DNA of 64,000 nucleotides, taken from assembly GCA_965115955.1 (NCBI GenBank), contig OZ220473.1:2389463-2453462 (forward strand). The letters are read 5' to 3'. The notes beneath the pieces were generated by a model. That model searched no databases and was not told where the DNA came from. It saw only the letters and a program-made list of their open reading frames with translations. This document shows positions 9,038 through 18,408 of the stretch, piece by piece (position 1 is the first letter of the stretch; each line of letters opens with the position of its first letter). Made by a program: the position numbers and the translations under genes. The stretch comes from Dehalococcoidia bacterium (lineage in GTDB: Bacteria; Chloroflexota; Dehalococcoidia; Lucifugimonadales; UBA3495).

Positions 9038-10084
9038 CTAGACTGAAAGGCTGCTGGTCTGGTGATGGGCCAATCCCATTTTCTCGTAGACTTCCTCGAT
9101 GGTGCGCACGGCGATTTCTCGTGCCCGCCTGCCGCCGTCTTCGAGAACTTCCCGAACGTAGCCGCGCTGGGTCTCGTATTTCTGCCGGCGTTCCCGCAGA
9201 GGCTCCAGAAAATCGTTAATGCTGCCTGCCAACTGTCGTTTGCAGTCCACGCAGCCCCGGGCGGCTGTCGCACACTCTTCGTAAATTGCTCCCAATGAGT
9301 TTCCAGGGCTGAACATCTTGTGCATGGAATAGACGTTGCACATCTCGGGTCTGCCGGGAATATTGCGGGTGGTGCGCTGAGGATCAGTGAAGGCGGTCAT
9401 CACCCGCCTGGTCGTGTCGTCCGGGGTTGCCGCCAGATCCAGGTGGTTGTCCAGGGACTTGGACATCTTGGCCTGGCCGTCCAGCCCCAGCAGCAGAGGC
9501 GATTCGGTGAGTTTCACCTGCGGTTCGGGGAAGGTGTCGCCAAAGATGTTGTTGAATCTGCGGGCGATTTCCCGCGACAGCTCTATGTGGGGAATCTGGT
9601 CGCGGCCTACGGGAACCGTGTCTGCCTTGTAGAGTATGATGTCGGCGGTTTGTAGAACCGGATAACCCACCAGCCCATAGTTGACCGTGTCCTCAGTCTC
9701 GTCCATCTGGCGCACCTTTTCCTTGAAGGTGGGCACACGGGTAAGCCAGCCCAGCGGCGTTACCATGCTTAGAAGCGTGTGCAGCGTCATAACCTCCGGC
9801 ACGTGCGACTGTACGAAGATTATGCTGCGATCAGGGTCGATCCCTGCCGCCAGCCAGTCCAGGATCATGTCTTCGATGTTGGACTGAATCGATGCTGTAT
9901 CTTCCCGGGACTCCACCGTGGTGAGCGCGTGGATGTCAACGGCGCAATAGATGCAGTCGTACTCATCCTGCAGCGCCGTCCAGTTTTGCAGCGCGCCTAT
10001 GTAATTGCCCAAGTGCAGCAGCCCCGTGGGACGCATCCCGGAGAATATGACTCCCTTCTTGCCGCCGTTGCTTGCAGTGGTCAT
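9038..10084 (-). CDS. trpS: tryptophan--tRNA ligase
   Basis: 348 aa. GMRPTGLLHLGNYIGAL (HIGH-type) and KMSKS (AKMSKSLDN). Confidence 0.93.
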   Translation of the reverse strand: MTTASNGGKKGVIFSGMRPTGLLHLGNYIGALQNWTALQDEYDCIYCAVDIHALTTVESREDTASIQSNIEDMILDWLAAGIDPDRSIIFVQSHVPEVMTLHTLLSMVTPLGWLTRVPTFKEKVRQMDETEDTVNYGLVGYPVLQTADIILYKADTVPVGRDQIPHIELSREIARRFNNIFGDTFPEPQVKLTESPLLLGLDGQAKMSKSLDNHLDLAATPDDTTRRVMTAFTDPQRTTRNIPGRPEMCNVYSMHKMFSPGNSLGAIYEECATAARGCVDCKRQLAGSINDFLEPLRERRQKYETQRGYVREVLEDGGRRAREIAVRTIEEVYEKMGLAHHQTSSLSV

Positions 10085-10262
10085 TTTCGCAGTCCAATGG
10101 GGCGGATAGGTGAATTTCGACGCTGATTCAATCTATCACCGGGCGGCGGCAGGCGCAATCGCGGCAGCCGACCTGGAATGTAACTGCCCTGGATTTTACC
10201 TTTTCCCGCGGCGCGTTCACGCGCGCAGGGTCATCGGGAATCATATAAGAAGCGGACTGGAA

Positions 10263-10886
10263 TCAGGCATCGCTTGTTCCCCTTGTCGCCAGCCCTTCGA
10301 GCAGGCCACCGCTGTACCAGGAATCCTCCAGGCCCCGCTGCATACCCCGCAGATATGCGACCTGTCCGCCGTGCTGGTTGAACTCCCACAGGAGCTGCTG
10401 GCACATATTTGCGAGGGTCATGCTTCCGCCGCGGGGATTGGCCACGTTCATTTCATCGAAGTCTGCGTCGCTTCTGGCGTCCAGGTAGTCCCGCGCCGCG
10501 CTGTATGCCGCTGCGGCGTATTCCAGGAGGTTACGGGCGTCTGGAGGCTGAAAGGCTTGCAAACGCTCCGGGCTGTAGCCGTAGCCCGTGTCGCTGGGGT
10601 CGGACGCCGTGTGGCCGAGGCGTTCGGCCCAACCCTGTTCCCACAATTGCGGAGTGTTCTGCAATCGGGAGTGAATCCACCGGTCCAGAGTCCGCGCATA
10701 GTGCCAGAGCAGGAAGCCGATAGACGAGCACTGCGGCGTTGGCATCCAGCGCATTTCATCCACGGTCAAGCCATCGGCTGATCGGAGCAAAGCGTTGTAG
10801 TGCTGTTCCAGGCAACCGTTTACGAATTCACTTAGCCGCAACTCCGGCCTCCTGCAAACGGAATCCGGGGGATGTTCCCCGGTCAA
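10263..10886 (-). CDS. DinB-family (four-helix bundle) protein
   Basis: 207 aa. His-containing DinB-like helices (FLLWHYARTLDRWIH, LLWEFNQHGGQVAYLRG). The overlapping plus-strand ORF is rejected. Confidence 0.7.
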   Translation of the reverse strand: MTGEHPPDSVCRRPELRLSEFVNGCLEQHYNALLRSADGLTVDEMRWMPTPQCSSIGFLLWHYARTLDRWIHSRLQNTPQLWEQGWAERLGHTASDPSDTGYGYSPERLQAFQPPDARNLLEYAAAAYSAARDYLDARSDADFDEMNVANPRGGSMTLANMCQQLLWEFNQHGGQVAYLRGMQRGLEDSWYSGGLLEGLATRGTSDA

Positions 10887-10951
10887 ACGGAACGGCCACG
10901 CCTGGATGAGCGTGGCCGGGATTTCCCTGGTTACGCGTTTGGACTGCGTGT

Positions 10952-11875
10952 CTATTTGTCGTCCTGATCGGATTCGTTTTCGAGGCGGTCTCCCAGCTCG
11001 CTGAGAAACGCTTCGATCTCCGGGGATAGCGCAGGGGGAGGGCTGCCCTCCCCTGAGGATGACGCCGCGCTTTCGGCGGCCAACTGCGAGTCGTAATACT
11101 GTTCCATTTGCTGGATCAGCGTTTTCAATTCCGAGTTGCGGTCTACCGTGGCGTTCAACTCACGGTATTGCCGCTGCCCACGGCGCACGGGCGCCAGGTC
11201 CGGAGGGATGTTCTCGTAGACCGACGAGATTACTTCGATCATGCGGGAAGTGCCCGCGTAGTCCTCTTCCAGTTGAACGTACTGCGGCAGGTGGACCATG
11301 AAGTTGATGGTCTCGATCTGATCCCGCTCGATGCCCTCCGAGAGGAGATTCATTATAGTGGTCGGCCCCTGGTAGGTGCTCTGCTGCAGCTTGAAGTTGG
11401 GGACGGGCCGCTTCTGCTCTACCGACCCCAGCGAGCCGGTGACCAGCAGCGGGCGGGTGTGTGGAACCGCATCGTACATCGCGCCGACCCGGCAGTAGCG
11501 CTTGACGCCGAAGTAACGCACTAATTCGAGGATGGAGTCGGTGTAATCCTCGCCGTTGGAATGCGGCTCAAGGAGGTGAAAGAACAGATAGTCCGGGCCT
11601 GCCTCGGTGGTAGCGTAGCGGACGGTGCTGTTGGGAATCTTCACCTGGCGCGCCCCGTCTACGAAGCGCATATTGGGACGATACCTGGTGAAATCGAAGA
11701 ACGTTCCAGGACGATGCAGGCGCCCCAGTTCTTTCGATCCCATGAACCGCTCCAGGCGATTCAATGTCAAAGTGCCCACGCTTCCCACATCCACCCATGG
11801 GCGGATCATGGCGAAAGCGTGAGGATCCTTCAGATCGGGAACGGGTTCGTGGATTTCAAATGCCCCTACTCTCAT
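10952..11875 (-). CDS. PAC2 (proteasome assembly chaperone-like) family protein
   Basis: 307 aa. The N-terminus ..PHAFAMIRPWVDVGSVGTLTLNRLE.. and overall layout resemble the bacterial PAC2 family. Confidence 0.7.
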   Translation of the reverse strand: MRVGAFEIHEPVPDLKDPHAFAMIRPWVDVGSVGTLTLNRLERFMGSKELGRLHRPGTFFDFTRYRPNMRFVDGARQVKIPNSTVRYATTEAGPDYLFFHLLEPHSNGEDYTDSILELVRYFGVKRYCRVGAMYDAVPHTRPLLVTGSLGSVEQKRPVPNFKLQQSTYQGPTTIMNLLSEGIERDQIETINFMVHLPQYVQLEEDYAGTSRMIEVISSVYENIPPDLAPVRRGQRQYRELNATVDRNSELKTLIQQMEQYYDSQLAAESAASSSGEGSPPPALSPEIEAFLSELGDRLENESDQDDK

Positions 11876-11920
11876 GGCCTTATGTTGCCAGAACGCTTGT
11901 CGATTTTCAAGTGCCGGCGG

Positions 11921-12709
11921 TCATCCGCTGATGTCTGGAAGCCTTTCTTGCTGTTGGTTCAGGAGCGAGTCTGCTGACCCCAGCCCCTCCAGCGCCAGCC
12001 CGTAGCCCAGCAGATCCTGCATCAGGCGCTTGATGTATTGGGTGGTTGCCACCCTGGTGTAGCGCAGCACCAGGTCGGACTTCCGGGCCACCTGTTCCGC
12101 CAGTTCCCAGGCCCTTGGCAGCAGCGCGTCGGGCGTCAGCACCTCGCCCACCAGCCCCAGGGTAAGGGCCTCCCGGGCGCTGATGGACTGCCCGGTGAGC
12201 AGGAAGTAGCGCCCGCGGTTGGCTCCCAGCAGCATGGGATAAACAACGTGTACGCCGTCGCCAGGCACCAGATTGCTCATGAAGTGTCCGGAGTCCTGGA
12301 AAGCGGCGGTGTCTGCGGCCAGCACGATGTCGCAAAGCAGAGGGATTTCTGAATGCCGCAGCGCCGGGCCGTTGACCGCGGCAATCATCGGGACTTCAAT
12401 GTCCAGAAGATTGCCCAGAAGTTTCTTGCCTTCCCAGTAGGTTTTATCCCATTCCGCGGGTGCGCGTTTGGGCGCCCCGGCGGCTGTGCCTTGCGGGCCG
12501 GAGAACGCATCGCCGCTTCCGGTAACGATGATGACCCGGTTTTCCCGGTCGCCCCCAACGTCGGCGAAGGCCCGCGGAAATTCCTCGTGCGGGACGGAAC
12601 CCCATTGCAGCGGCCCGCCGTTGGTATGGAATGTCATCTGCAGGATGCCGCCCCGCCGCTCGAACCGGATGTTGTCGTAATTGTCTTTGTATTGTTGCAG
12701 AGAAGCCAC
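11921..12709 (-). CDS. enoyl-CoA hydratase/isomerase (crotonase) family protein
   Basis: 262 aa. VIIVTGSGDAFSG.., IAAVNGPA and a crotonase-like fold pattern. Confidence 0.8.
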   Translation of the reverse strand: MASLQQYKDNYDNIRFERRGGILQMTFHTNGGPLQWGSVPHEEFPRAFADVGGDRENRVIIVTGSGDAFSGPQGTAAGAPKRAPAEWDKTYWEGKKLLGNLLDIEVPMIAAVNGPALRHSEIPLLCDIVLAADTAAFQDSGHFMSNLVPGDGVHVVYPMLLGANRGRYFLLTGQSISAREALTLGLVGEVLTPDALLPRAWELAEQVARKSDLVLRYTRVATTQYIKRLMQDLLGYGLALEGLGSADSLLNQQQERLPDISG

Positions 12710-12933
12710 GGATGCCTCCCGCTTTTGGGTTGGCTAGAGCTGTATCCCGCCGCAGTATGGGTCGATGTCTGCGGGCCTCTTCTGCCGGGGCAGGGGCTTG
12801 CGGAAATGAACCGCCCGGACCCTGCCGGTAGACATAAGAGACCGCCTGCGCTGAAGCGGGGCGTCTGGACCGAAGCCCATTCGGTCCAGACGCCCGATCC
12901 TTGCCGATGATCCTAGATGATCCTGGCGGAAGG

Positions 12934-13605
12934 TTATTCGGCTGCAGCCATCTCAGGCTCTTCGCTGGGAAGGGGCTGCGATTCTCTGGCGACTACTGTG
13001 TTCTTCAGGAAAGTAGCCGGCTTCTGCGCGGTGCTCTCCCTGGCGTTGATGTGGTCCATCACGAAACTGGAAACGTCGCGATGGAGGGCGTCGCTCGTGT
13101 TGCAGTTGCGGAGCAGGTCGAATCCCGGGTCCATGTCCTCCAGCAACTGTTTGACCTTGCTTTCGCCGTGCCGGGCGGCCAGGGCGTAGGCCAGGCCGCG
13201 GGGATCCCGGTCGTACTGCCGCTGTTCTTCGCCAACCTCTTCCAGCTCCACTTCGTAATCGACGCGGTCGACGATGGCCAGGGCTTCAGTAGCCCGCTTG
13301 CGGCGAGTGTTCACGTCCTTCATGGCGGCGAAGAGAGCTGCGACGGCATTGGAGGCGTTGTCCAGGAGCGCAGGAATCTCGACCTGACGCACGCTGGCTG
13401 CTTCCACCTGCTGCTTGGCCTCAATCAGGGCCTGGTCCCGGCGCCGCAGGCTTTCCTCGAACTTGGCGGCCCGTTCCTGTTTCACTCGAAGGTACGCAGC
13501 TTCGGAGGCGAGGGGCTGCAGGCGCGCCAGTTCCCGCTCCGCCATCTCGGCCTGCTTGAGCCGCTGTTGCATTGATTCGTTGAATTCTATGGGCATGGCA
13601 AACAC
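12934..13605 (-). CDS. hypothetical protein, charged and helical (coiled-coil-like)
   Basis: 223-aa ORF with natural-looking composition. The opposite-strand ORF 12901-13575 looks antisense. No recognisable family. Confidence 0.5.
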   Translation of the reverse strand: MFAMPIEFNESMQQRLKQAEMAERELARLQPLASEAAYLRVKQERAAKFEESLRRRDQALIEAKQQVEAASVRQVEIPALLDNASNAVAALFAAMKDVNTRRKRATEALAIVDRVDYEVELEEVGEEQRQYDRDPRGLAYALAARHGESKVKQLLEDMDPGFDLLRNCNTSDALHRDVSSFVMDHINARESTAQKPATFLKNTVVARESQPLPSEEPEMAAAE

Positions 13606-14122
13606 TCCTCAGACTAAGATGATTACGGAAGGCGCACTATTCAGTTCATTGGCAAGAAAGAATGAATAAAAGCCAAAGTCTGAAAGGTCCCGGGCTCGGT
13701 TTAATCGTTAGGCAGGATGCTGTCGAGCCTGGATAAAGGCGCGGCCCGGTACCGCAGTTGGCGCAAACCCCCGTGCATTTATTGAAGCCCCGGCCTGGGT
13801 CAAGCCTTTGGGGCAAGTTGGGCCGATATCCGGCGATTCGGCGCGTTTCCTGTTCCGCCAGGCAGGAAATACTGCATAACGGTTTCCCGCTGCGTCGTCT
13901 ACTATAACCCGGCTGCTCTTGATGCTGCCGTGTATCTGAGATGCGAATTTTGCGGATTTTCTCGTTTTATCCCGGCAGACGCAGCCGGTCCGCTTCAGTT
14001 GGTCAGGGGAATGCAGCCCTGCTCCCTCAAGGCCATGAATGGGTGTGTATGCCTGGGCGGCTTTTTCGCCGCAGCGCGCCGTTACGCTCGTCCGCCGAAG
14101 CCCCCGTAACGCAAGCACAAGT

Positions 14123-14152
14123 CAAAGGGGCGGCCCGGATGCCGCCCCTTTG
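14123..14152 (-). terminator. conserved GC hairpin of the family 3' unit (copy A)
   Basis: CAAAGGGGCGGC-CCGGAT-GCCGCCCCTTTG with perfect 12-bp arms. There is no clear U-tract. Confidence 0.5.
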
Positions 14153-14276
14153 ATTTGCCAGCGAACCGGCTTTAACGCTTTATCAACGGGGGAACGCTCC
14201 CGCCGCGCCCCGGCTCTATGATCCCGCTTCAGCTACCTCTGCGGGAGTGGGAGAACGCTCCCGCCGCGCCCCGGCT

Positions 14277-15413
14277 CTATTCGAGGAACACCAGGTTCAT
14301 GCCCGGATACAGCGTTACGCCCCGAAACTCGACCGGCGTTTCCCCGCTGATGATGATCACCACTATCTGGCCGGCGGAAACCCTGTCCAGCGTGTTCAGC
14401 CCCTCGCCCTTCAGCTCCGGGTCGTAGAACCGCCACGTCTGGGCTGCCGATGCCAGATGCCAGACCCGCGCCAGCCGCGGCCCCAACACGCCGAACACCG
14501 CCGACGGCTCGCCGAACGGCGCGGCTGTCGGCGTCGGAGTGACCGCCGGCGCAGCCGTCGGCATCGACGTGGCTGTCGGAGCGCCGACGGGCAGCAGCGT
14601 CGGCGTCGGCCCCCTGTCCGCCCTCGACGAACCTGTCCGCGTCGGCGTGTTCGTGTTCGGCGGCGTGGTGGCAGCGGCCGCGCTCGACGAACCTGCCGGT
14701 GTGGCCGTGTTCGTGTTCGGCGGCGTGGTCGCCGTTGGCGTGTTCGACGGCATCGGCGAACCTGCCGGCGCCGGCGTATGTGTTGGCGTAGGCGTGGCTG
14801 TCGGCGTATGCGTCGGCGTCGGCGTGGCCGTCGGCGTGTTCGTCGGCGCCGGTGTGTTCGTGGGCGTGTTCGTCGGCGCCGGTGTGTTCGTGGGCGTGTT
14901 GGTCGGCCCGGGGGTGTTGGTCGGCCCGGGCGTGTTGGTGGCCGTGGGCGCTGGCGACGCCTGCACAACTACTGTTATGCTGTAGCTTGCGCTTCCGGGT
15001 GTAGTACCGGCGAGGGTGTGTGAACCGACCGTCAGCGTTTCGTCTCGGACTGGTTCGCCATAATCTGTCGGCGTAAATTGCAGGCGCACCCTGACGGAGG
15101 AGACGCCATACGGCACGGTGATGGTTGCCTTGCTCATTGAATTCCGGACGGCGGAGTAACCGGAGACGCTCCGGAAATTGGCGCGTGGGTCACGGTTTGG
15201 TATTGAAACTACGCTCGCGGAAGTCTTCCCAACGCTAATAAGTACCTGCGGACTGAAGCCTGGCACCGGCGTATAGGTGTTCCCCGGCTGCGCGCTCACG
15301 GCCTGGGGCGACGCCGATTCATGGAAAAGGAAGACGGCGACAAACGCCATCGCGGCGATGGCGGCCAGGGCGATGCCAATCGGCTTGCGGTTGATACGCC
15401 GCAGGGCGCTCAT
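14277..15413 (-). CDS. paralog family member A: secreted protein with one beta-rich module, PT-rich stalk and conserved C-terminal domain
   Basis: 378 aa. Signal/anchor [24 protein letters not shown].., [12 protein letters not shown] and 2x [10 protein letters not shown] repeats, C-terminus ..[61 protein letters not shown]. The upstream leader ATG is out of frame in this copy. Confidence 0.85.
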   Translation of the reverse strand: MSALRRINRKPIGIALAAIAAMAFVAVFLFHESASPQAVSAQPGNTYTPVPGFSPQVLISVGKTSASVVSIPNRDPRANFRSVSGYSAVRNSMSKATITVPYGVSSVRVRLQFTPTDYGEPVRDETLTVGSHTLAGTTPGSASYSITVVVQASPAPTATNTPGPTNTPGPTNTPTNTPAPTNTPTNTPAPTNTPTATPTPTHTPTATPTPTHTPAPAGSPMPSNTPTATTPPNTNTATPAGSSSAAAATTPPNTNTPTRTGSSRADRGPTPTLLPVGAPTATSMPTAAPAVTPTPTAAPFGEPSAVFGVLGPRLARVWHLASAAQTWRFYDPELKGEGLNTLDRVSAGQIVVIIISGETPVEFRGVTLYPGMNLVFLE

Positions 15414-15511
15414 CAGCGCAGCGCCAAACCCGGAATGCTGCCGGGGGGGGGGGGGGGGGTACTCCCTCTGGATCTGTTACCGTTACTCGTGCGGAGCTTG
15501 TCTGGCATCAT
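15413..15511 (-). other. leader ORF of member A (32 codons) carrying the poly-C tract, with stop overlapping the main ATG
   Basis: ATGATGCCAGACAAG.. preceded by GGAGATGGTGAAAG. It reads [35 protein letters not shown]. The A of that TGA (15413) is the A of the main ATG. Confidence 0.5.
15443..15459 (-). repeat. homopolymeric tract G17 (C17 on the coding strand)
   Basis: Counted directly. 18 nt lie between the conserved GGAGTA and GCAGCATT flanks. Confidence 0.95.
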
Positions 15512-15619
15512 TAACTTTCACCATCTCCGAATTTCAGCCCCCGGCCAGGGAATGCCTGGAATAAGGATGCCTGATGCAGCGGTCGCAGACGCCCTGGCCC
15601 GACGCCTGTGACTGGAGCC

Positions 15620-15648
15620 AGTATATTACCTCATAGGCCAGCAGTCAA
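15620..15648 (-). promoter_or_regulatory. sigma70-type promoter of member A (TTGACT-17-TATACT)
   Basis: Minus-strand -35 at 15643-15648 and -10 at 15620-15625. Conserved in 5 of 6 copies. Palindrome CAACATCC-N9-GGATGTTG abuts the -35. Confidence 0.6.
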
Positions 15649-15753
15649 CATCCTATGCCGCCGGATGTTGCGAACGGAAGACGCGGCCGGAAGAGCGCCA
15701 TGCAGGTCAACGGCGTCGAGCAGACGGCCGAAGCCCCCGTAAGGCAAGCGCAA

Positions 15754-15787
15754 GTTGAAGGGGCGGCCCGGATGCCGCCCCTTCAAC
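15754..15787 (-). terminator. conserved GC hairpin of the family 3' unit (copy B)
   Basis: GTTGAAGGGGCGGC-CCGGAT-GCCGCCCCTTCAAC with 14-bp arms. Confidence 0.5.
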
Positions 15788-15848
15788 CTGCCAGCGAACC
15801 GGCTTTAACGCTTTATCAACGGGGGAACGCTCCCGCCGCGCTCCGGCT

Positions 15849-18062
15849 CTATTCGAGGAACACCAGGTTCATGCCCGGATACAGCGTTACGCCCCGAAAC
15901 TCGACCGGCGTTTCCCCGCTGATGATGATCACCACTATCTGGCCGGCGGAAACCCTGTCCAGCGTGTTCAGCCCCTCGCCCTTCAGCTCCGGGTCGTAGA
16001 ACCGCCACGTCTGGGTTGCCGATTCCAGATGCCAGACCCTCACCAGCCGCGGCCCCAGCCCCCCGAACACTGCCGACGGCGAGCCGAACGGCGCGGCTGT
16101 CGGCGTCGGCGTGACCGCCGGCGCAGCCGTCGGCATCGACGTGGCTGTCGGCGCGCCGACGGACAGCAGCGTCGGCGTCGGCCCCCTGTCCGCCCTCGAC
16201 GAACCTGTCCGCGTCGGCGTGTTCGTGTTCGGCGGCGTGGTGGCAGCGGCCGCGCTCGACGAACCTGCCGGTGTGGCCGTGTTCGTGTTCGGCGGCGTGG
16301 TGGCCGTTGGCGTGTTCGACGGCACAGGCGAACCTGTCGGCGCCGGCGTATGCGTTGGCGTCGGAGTGGCCGTCGGCGTGTGCGTTGGCGTCGGAGTGGC
16401 CGTCGGCGTGTGCGTCGGCGTCGGAGTGGCCGTCGGCGTATGCGTCGGAGTCGGAGTGGCCGTCGGCGTGTGCGTTGGCGTCGGAGTGGCCGTCGGCGTA
16501 TGCGTCGGAGTCGGAGTGGCCGTCGGCGTGTGCGTTGGCGTCGGAGTGGCTGTCGGCGTATGCGTCGGCGTCGGAGTGGCTGTCGGCGTATGCGTCGGCG
16601 TCGGAGTGGCTGTCGGCGTATGCGTCGGCGTCGGAGTGGCCGTCGGCGTGTTGCTGGGCGCGTTCGTTGGCGCCGGGGTGTTGGTGTTGGTCGGCGCTGG
16701 GGTATTGGTGGGCGCCGGGGTGTTCGTCGGCGCTGGCGTATTGGTTGGCTCTGGCGTATTGGTTGGCTCTGGCGTGTTCGTGGGCGCTGGGGTATTGGTG
16801 GGCGCCGGGGTGTTAGTCGGCGCTGGGGTGCTGGTGGGCGCCGGGGTGTGCGTGCTGGTGGGCGCCGGCGGCGGCGTGTTGGTGGGCGTTGGCGTGTTGG
16901 GCGACGCTTGCACAACTACCGTTATGCTGTAGTTCTCGCCTTGGGGTTTAGCGTCGGTGGCGGGCGTTTTGCCGGAGACGGTGTTCTCGCCGACATTCAG
17001 TGTTACGTCCCGGGGTATGTCGCCCGCCGCTACCGGCGTCCAACGCAGGCGCACCCGCACGGAGGATACCCCATACGGCACGGTGATGGTTACCTTGTCA
17101 CGGTTATTCCGGACGCCGCTGAAATTGTCGGCTAACTCACGTGATGGTATCGCAACTGCGCTGCCGGTGTGTTTCCCAACGCTGATAACCACCTTGGGAG
17201 CGTTCGCCGCCGTCTGCACAGCTACCACTATGCTGTAGTTTCCGCCTGGCAGTTTGCCGGTGAGGGTGTGCTCGCCGACCGCCAGTGTTACGTCCCGGGG
17301 CGTGTCGCCCGGCGCTGCCGGCGTCCATTTCAGGCGCACCCGCGCAGAGGAGACCCCATCCGGCAGAGTGATGGTTACCCTGTTTCCGTTGGGACGGGGG
17401 GCCTGGGCGGCCTTGAAATTATCTGATGCTACCGCATTTACTACACTGGCGGTGTCTTTCCTAACGTTGATAACCACCTGGGGAGTTGGCGCTGGCGTGG
17501 CCGTTGGCGCTGGCGTGGAGGTGATTGTCGTTCCGGCTGTGGCTGTGAAGAAGAATTCTGTATCAACATTCCCGCAGCCGCTGGCTCGAATCCTGAGCCT
17601 GTATCTTTTGCCTGCGGTCAACCCCGGCGCGGTGAAACTTCCAGGGCTCGAGTACAGGCCCTGCCCAGGGGAGGCTCCGTTCAAATCAATGACGGGTTGA
17701 GCAACGGAGTCTTCATACAATGCGCTGAAATGAGTATCGGACGAGCAGCCCGGCCCTTTCTGCCAGGTTATGGTCGCTGCGGTGCCGGCGCCGTTGATGA
17801 CCACCTTGGTGACGATCGCATTCCTGGAGGCCTGAGCGCTCACGGGCTGTGGCGACGCTGATTCATGGATCAGCAGGACAGAGACGAGCGTCAGCGCCAC
17901 GGCGGCGGCGGCCAGGGCGGTCCCGATCAGCTTGCGGTCGATGCCGCGCAGGATGCCCATCATCGCAGCGCCAGCCCTGGAATGCTGCGGGAGGGGGGGG
18001 GGGGGGGTGCTCCCTGGGGATTTGTCAGCTCTACGCGGGCGGAACTTGTCTGGCATCATCAA
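15849..18062 (-). CDS. paralog family member B: FN3-like N-domain, 2 beta-rich modules, long PT-repeat stalk, conserved C-terminal domain
   Basis: 737 aa. The leader ATG is fused in frame through the poly-Pro tract ([45 protein letters not shown]..). An alternative internal start lies at 17963. Two about 95-aa modules (..[29 protein letters not shown]). Confidence 0.85.
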   Translation of the reverse strand: MMMPDKFRPRRADKSPGSTPPPPLPQHSRAGAAMMGILRGIDRKLIGTALAAAAVALTLVSVLLIHESASPQPVSAQASRNAIVTKVVINGAGTAATITWQKGPGCSSDTHFSALYEDSVAQPVIDLNGASPGQGLYSSPGSFTAPGLTAGKRYRLRIRASGCGNVDTEFFFTATAGTTITSTPAPTATPAPTPQVVINVRKDTASVVNAVASDNFKAAQAPRPNGNRVTITLPDGVSSARVRLKWTPAAPGDTPRDVTLAVGEHTLTGKLPGGNYSIVVAVQTAANAPKVVISVGKHTGSAVAIPSRELADNFSGVRNNRDKVTITVPYGVSSVRVRLRWTPVAAGDIPRDVTLNVGENTVSGKTPATDAKPQGENYSITVVVQASPNTPTPTNTPPPAPTSTHTPAPTSTPAPTNTPAPTNTPAPTNTPEPTNTPEPTNTPAPTNTPAPTNTPAPTNTNTPAPTNAPSNTPTATPTPTHTPTATPTPTHTPTATPTPTHTPTATPTPTHTPTATPTPTHTPTATPTPTHTPTATPTPTHTPTATPTPTHTPTATPTPTHTPTATPTPTHTPAPTGSPVPSNTPTATTPPNTNTATPAGSSSAAAATTPPNTNTPTRTGSSRADRGPTPTLLSVGAPTATSMPTAAPAVTPTPTAAPFGSPSAVFGGLGPRLVRVWHLESATQTWRFYDPELKGEGLNTLDRVSAGQIVVIIISGETPVEFRGVTLYPGMNLVFLE
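16345..16644. repeat. 10 x 30-nt in-frame tandem repeat ([10 protein letters not shown] unit)
   Basis: Unit GGCGT[A/G]TGCGT[T/C]GG[C/A]GTCGGAGTGGC[C/T]GTC repeated head-to-tail. There are no spacers. Confidence 0.9.
17993..18007 (-). repeat. homopolymeric tract G15 (C15 then TCCC on the coding strand, 19 nt between conserved flanks)
   Basis: Counted directly. Confidence 0.95.
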
Positions 18063-18166
18063 CTTTCACCATCTCCGAATTTCAGCCCCCGGCCAGGGAA
18101 TGCCTGGAATAAGGATGCCTGATGCAGCGGTCGCAGACGCCCTGGCCCGACGCCCAAGACTGGCAT

Positions 18167-18195
18167 AGTATATTACCTCATAGGCCAGCAGTCAA
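18167..18195 (-). promoter_or_regulatory. promoter of member B (TTGACT-17-TATACT)
   Basis: Minus-strand -35 at 18190-18195 and -10 at 18167-18172. The same unit as in A, E and F. Confidence 0.6.
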
Positions 18196-18313
18196 CATCC
18201 TCTGCCGCCGGATGTTGCGAACGGAAGACGCGGCCGGAAGTTACCGCCGGAAGAGCGCCATGCAGGTCAACGGCGTCGAGCAGGCGGCCGAAGCCCCCGT
18301 AAGGCAAGCGCAA

Positions 18314-18347
18314 GTTGAAGGGGCGGCATCCGGGCCGCCCCTTCAAC
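18314..18347 (-). terminator. conserved GC hairpin of the family 3' unit (copy C), loop inverted relative to A and B
   Basis: GTTGAAGGGGCGGC-ATCCGG-GCCGCCCCTTCAAC. Confidence 0.5.
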
Positions 18348-18408
18348 TTGCCAGCGAACCGGCTTTAACGCTTTATCAACGGGGGAACGCTCCCGCCGCG
18401 CCCCGGCT

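Noticed and set aside
13708-14118. 136-aa minus-strand ORF in the gap between the hypothetical gene and member A
   Set aside because: It has no recognisable motifs, odd composition, runs into the conserved 3' hairpin unit of member A, and has no SD. It is treated as non-coding spacer.
14247-15023. Long Arg-rich or Gly/Val-rich ORFs (for example 14247-15023, 16029-17135, 16040-16915, 25443-27023, 28231-29034, 31107-32432, 31870-32799) overlapping the PT-repeat regions in other frames or on the other strand
   Set aside because: They are frame and strand shadows of the ACN/CCN-rich Pro/Thr repeat DNA. They have extreme low-complexity composition, no start context, and always coincide with a paralog ORF that has a signal peptide, domains and a conserved C-terminus.
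15443-15459. Poly-G/C tracts as pure sequencing or assembly artefacts
   Set aside because: Not fully excluded, because exact lengths of homopolymers are error-prone. However, a tract occurs at the homologous position in all six copies, including the copy with a diverged leader, so the tracts themselves are real. Only their exact lengths need read-level confirmation.
16345-16644. Regular 30-nt repeats that superficially resemble a CRISPR array (also at 26241-26390 and 32163-32432)
   Set aside because: The units are contiguous with no unique spacers, lie in frame inside coding sequence ([10 protein letters not shown]), and no cas genes or leader are present.
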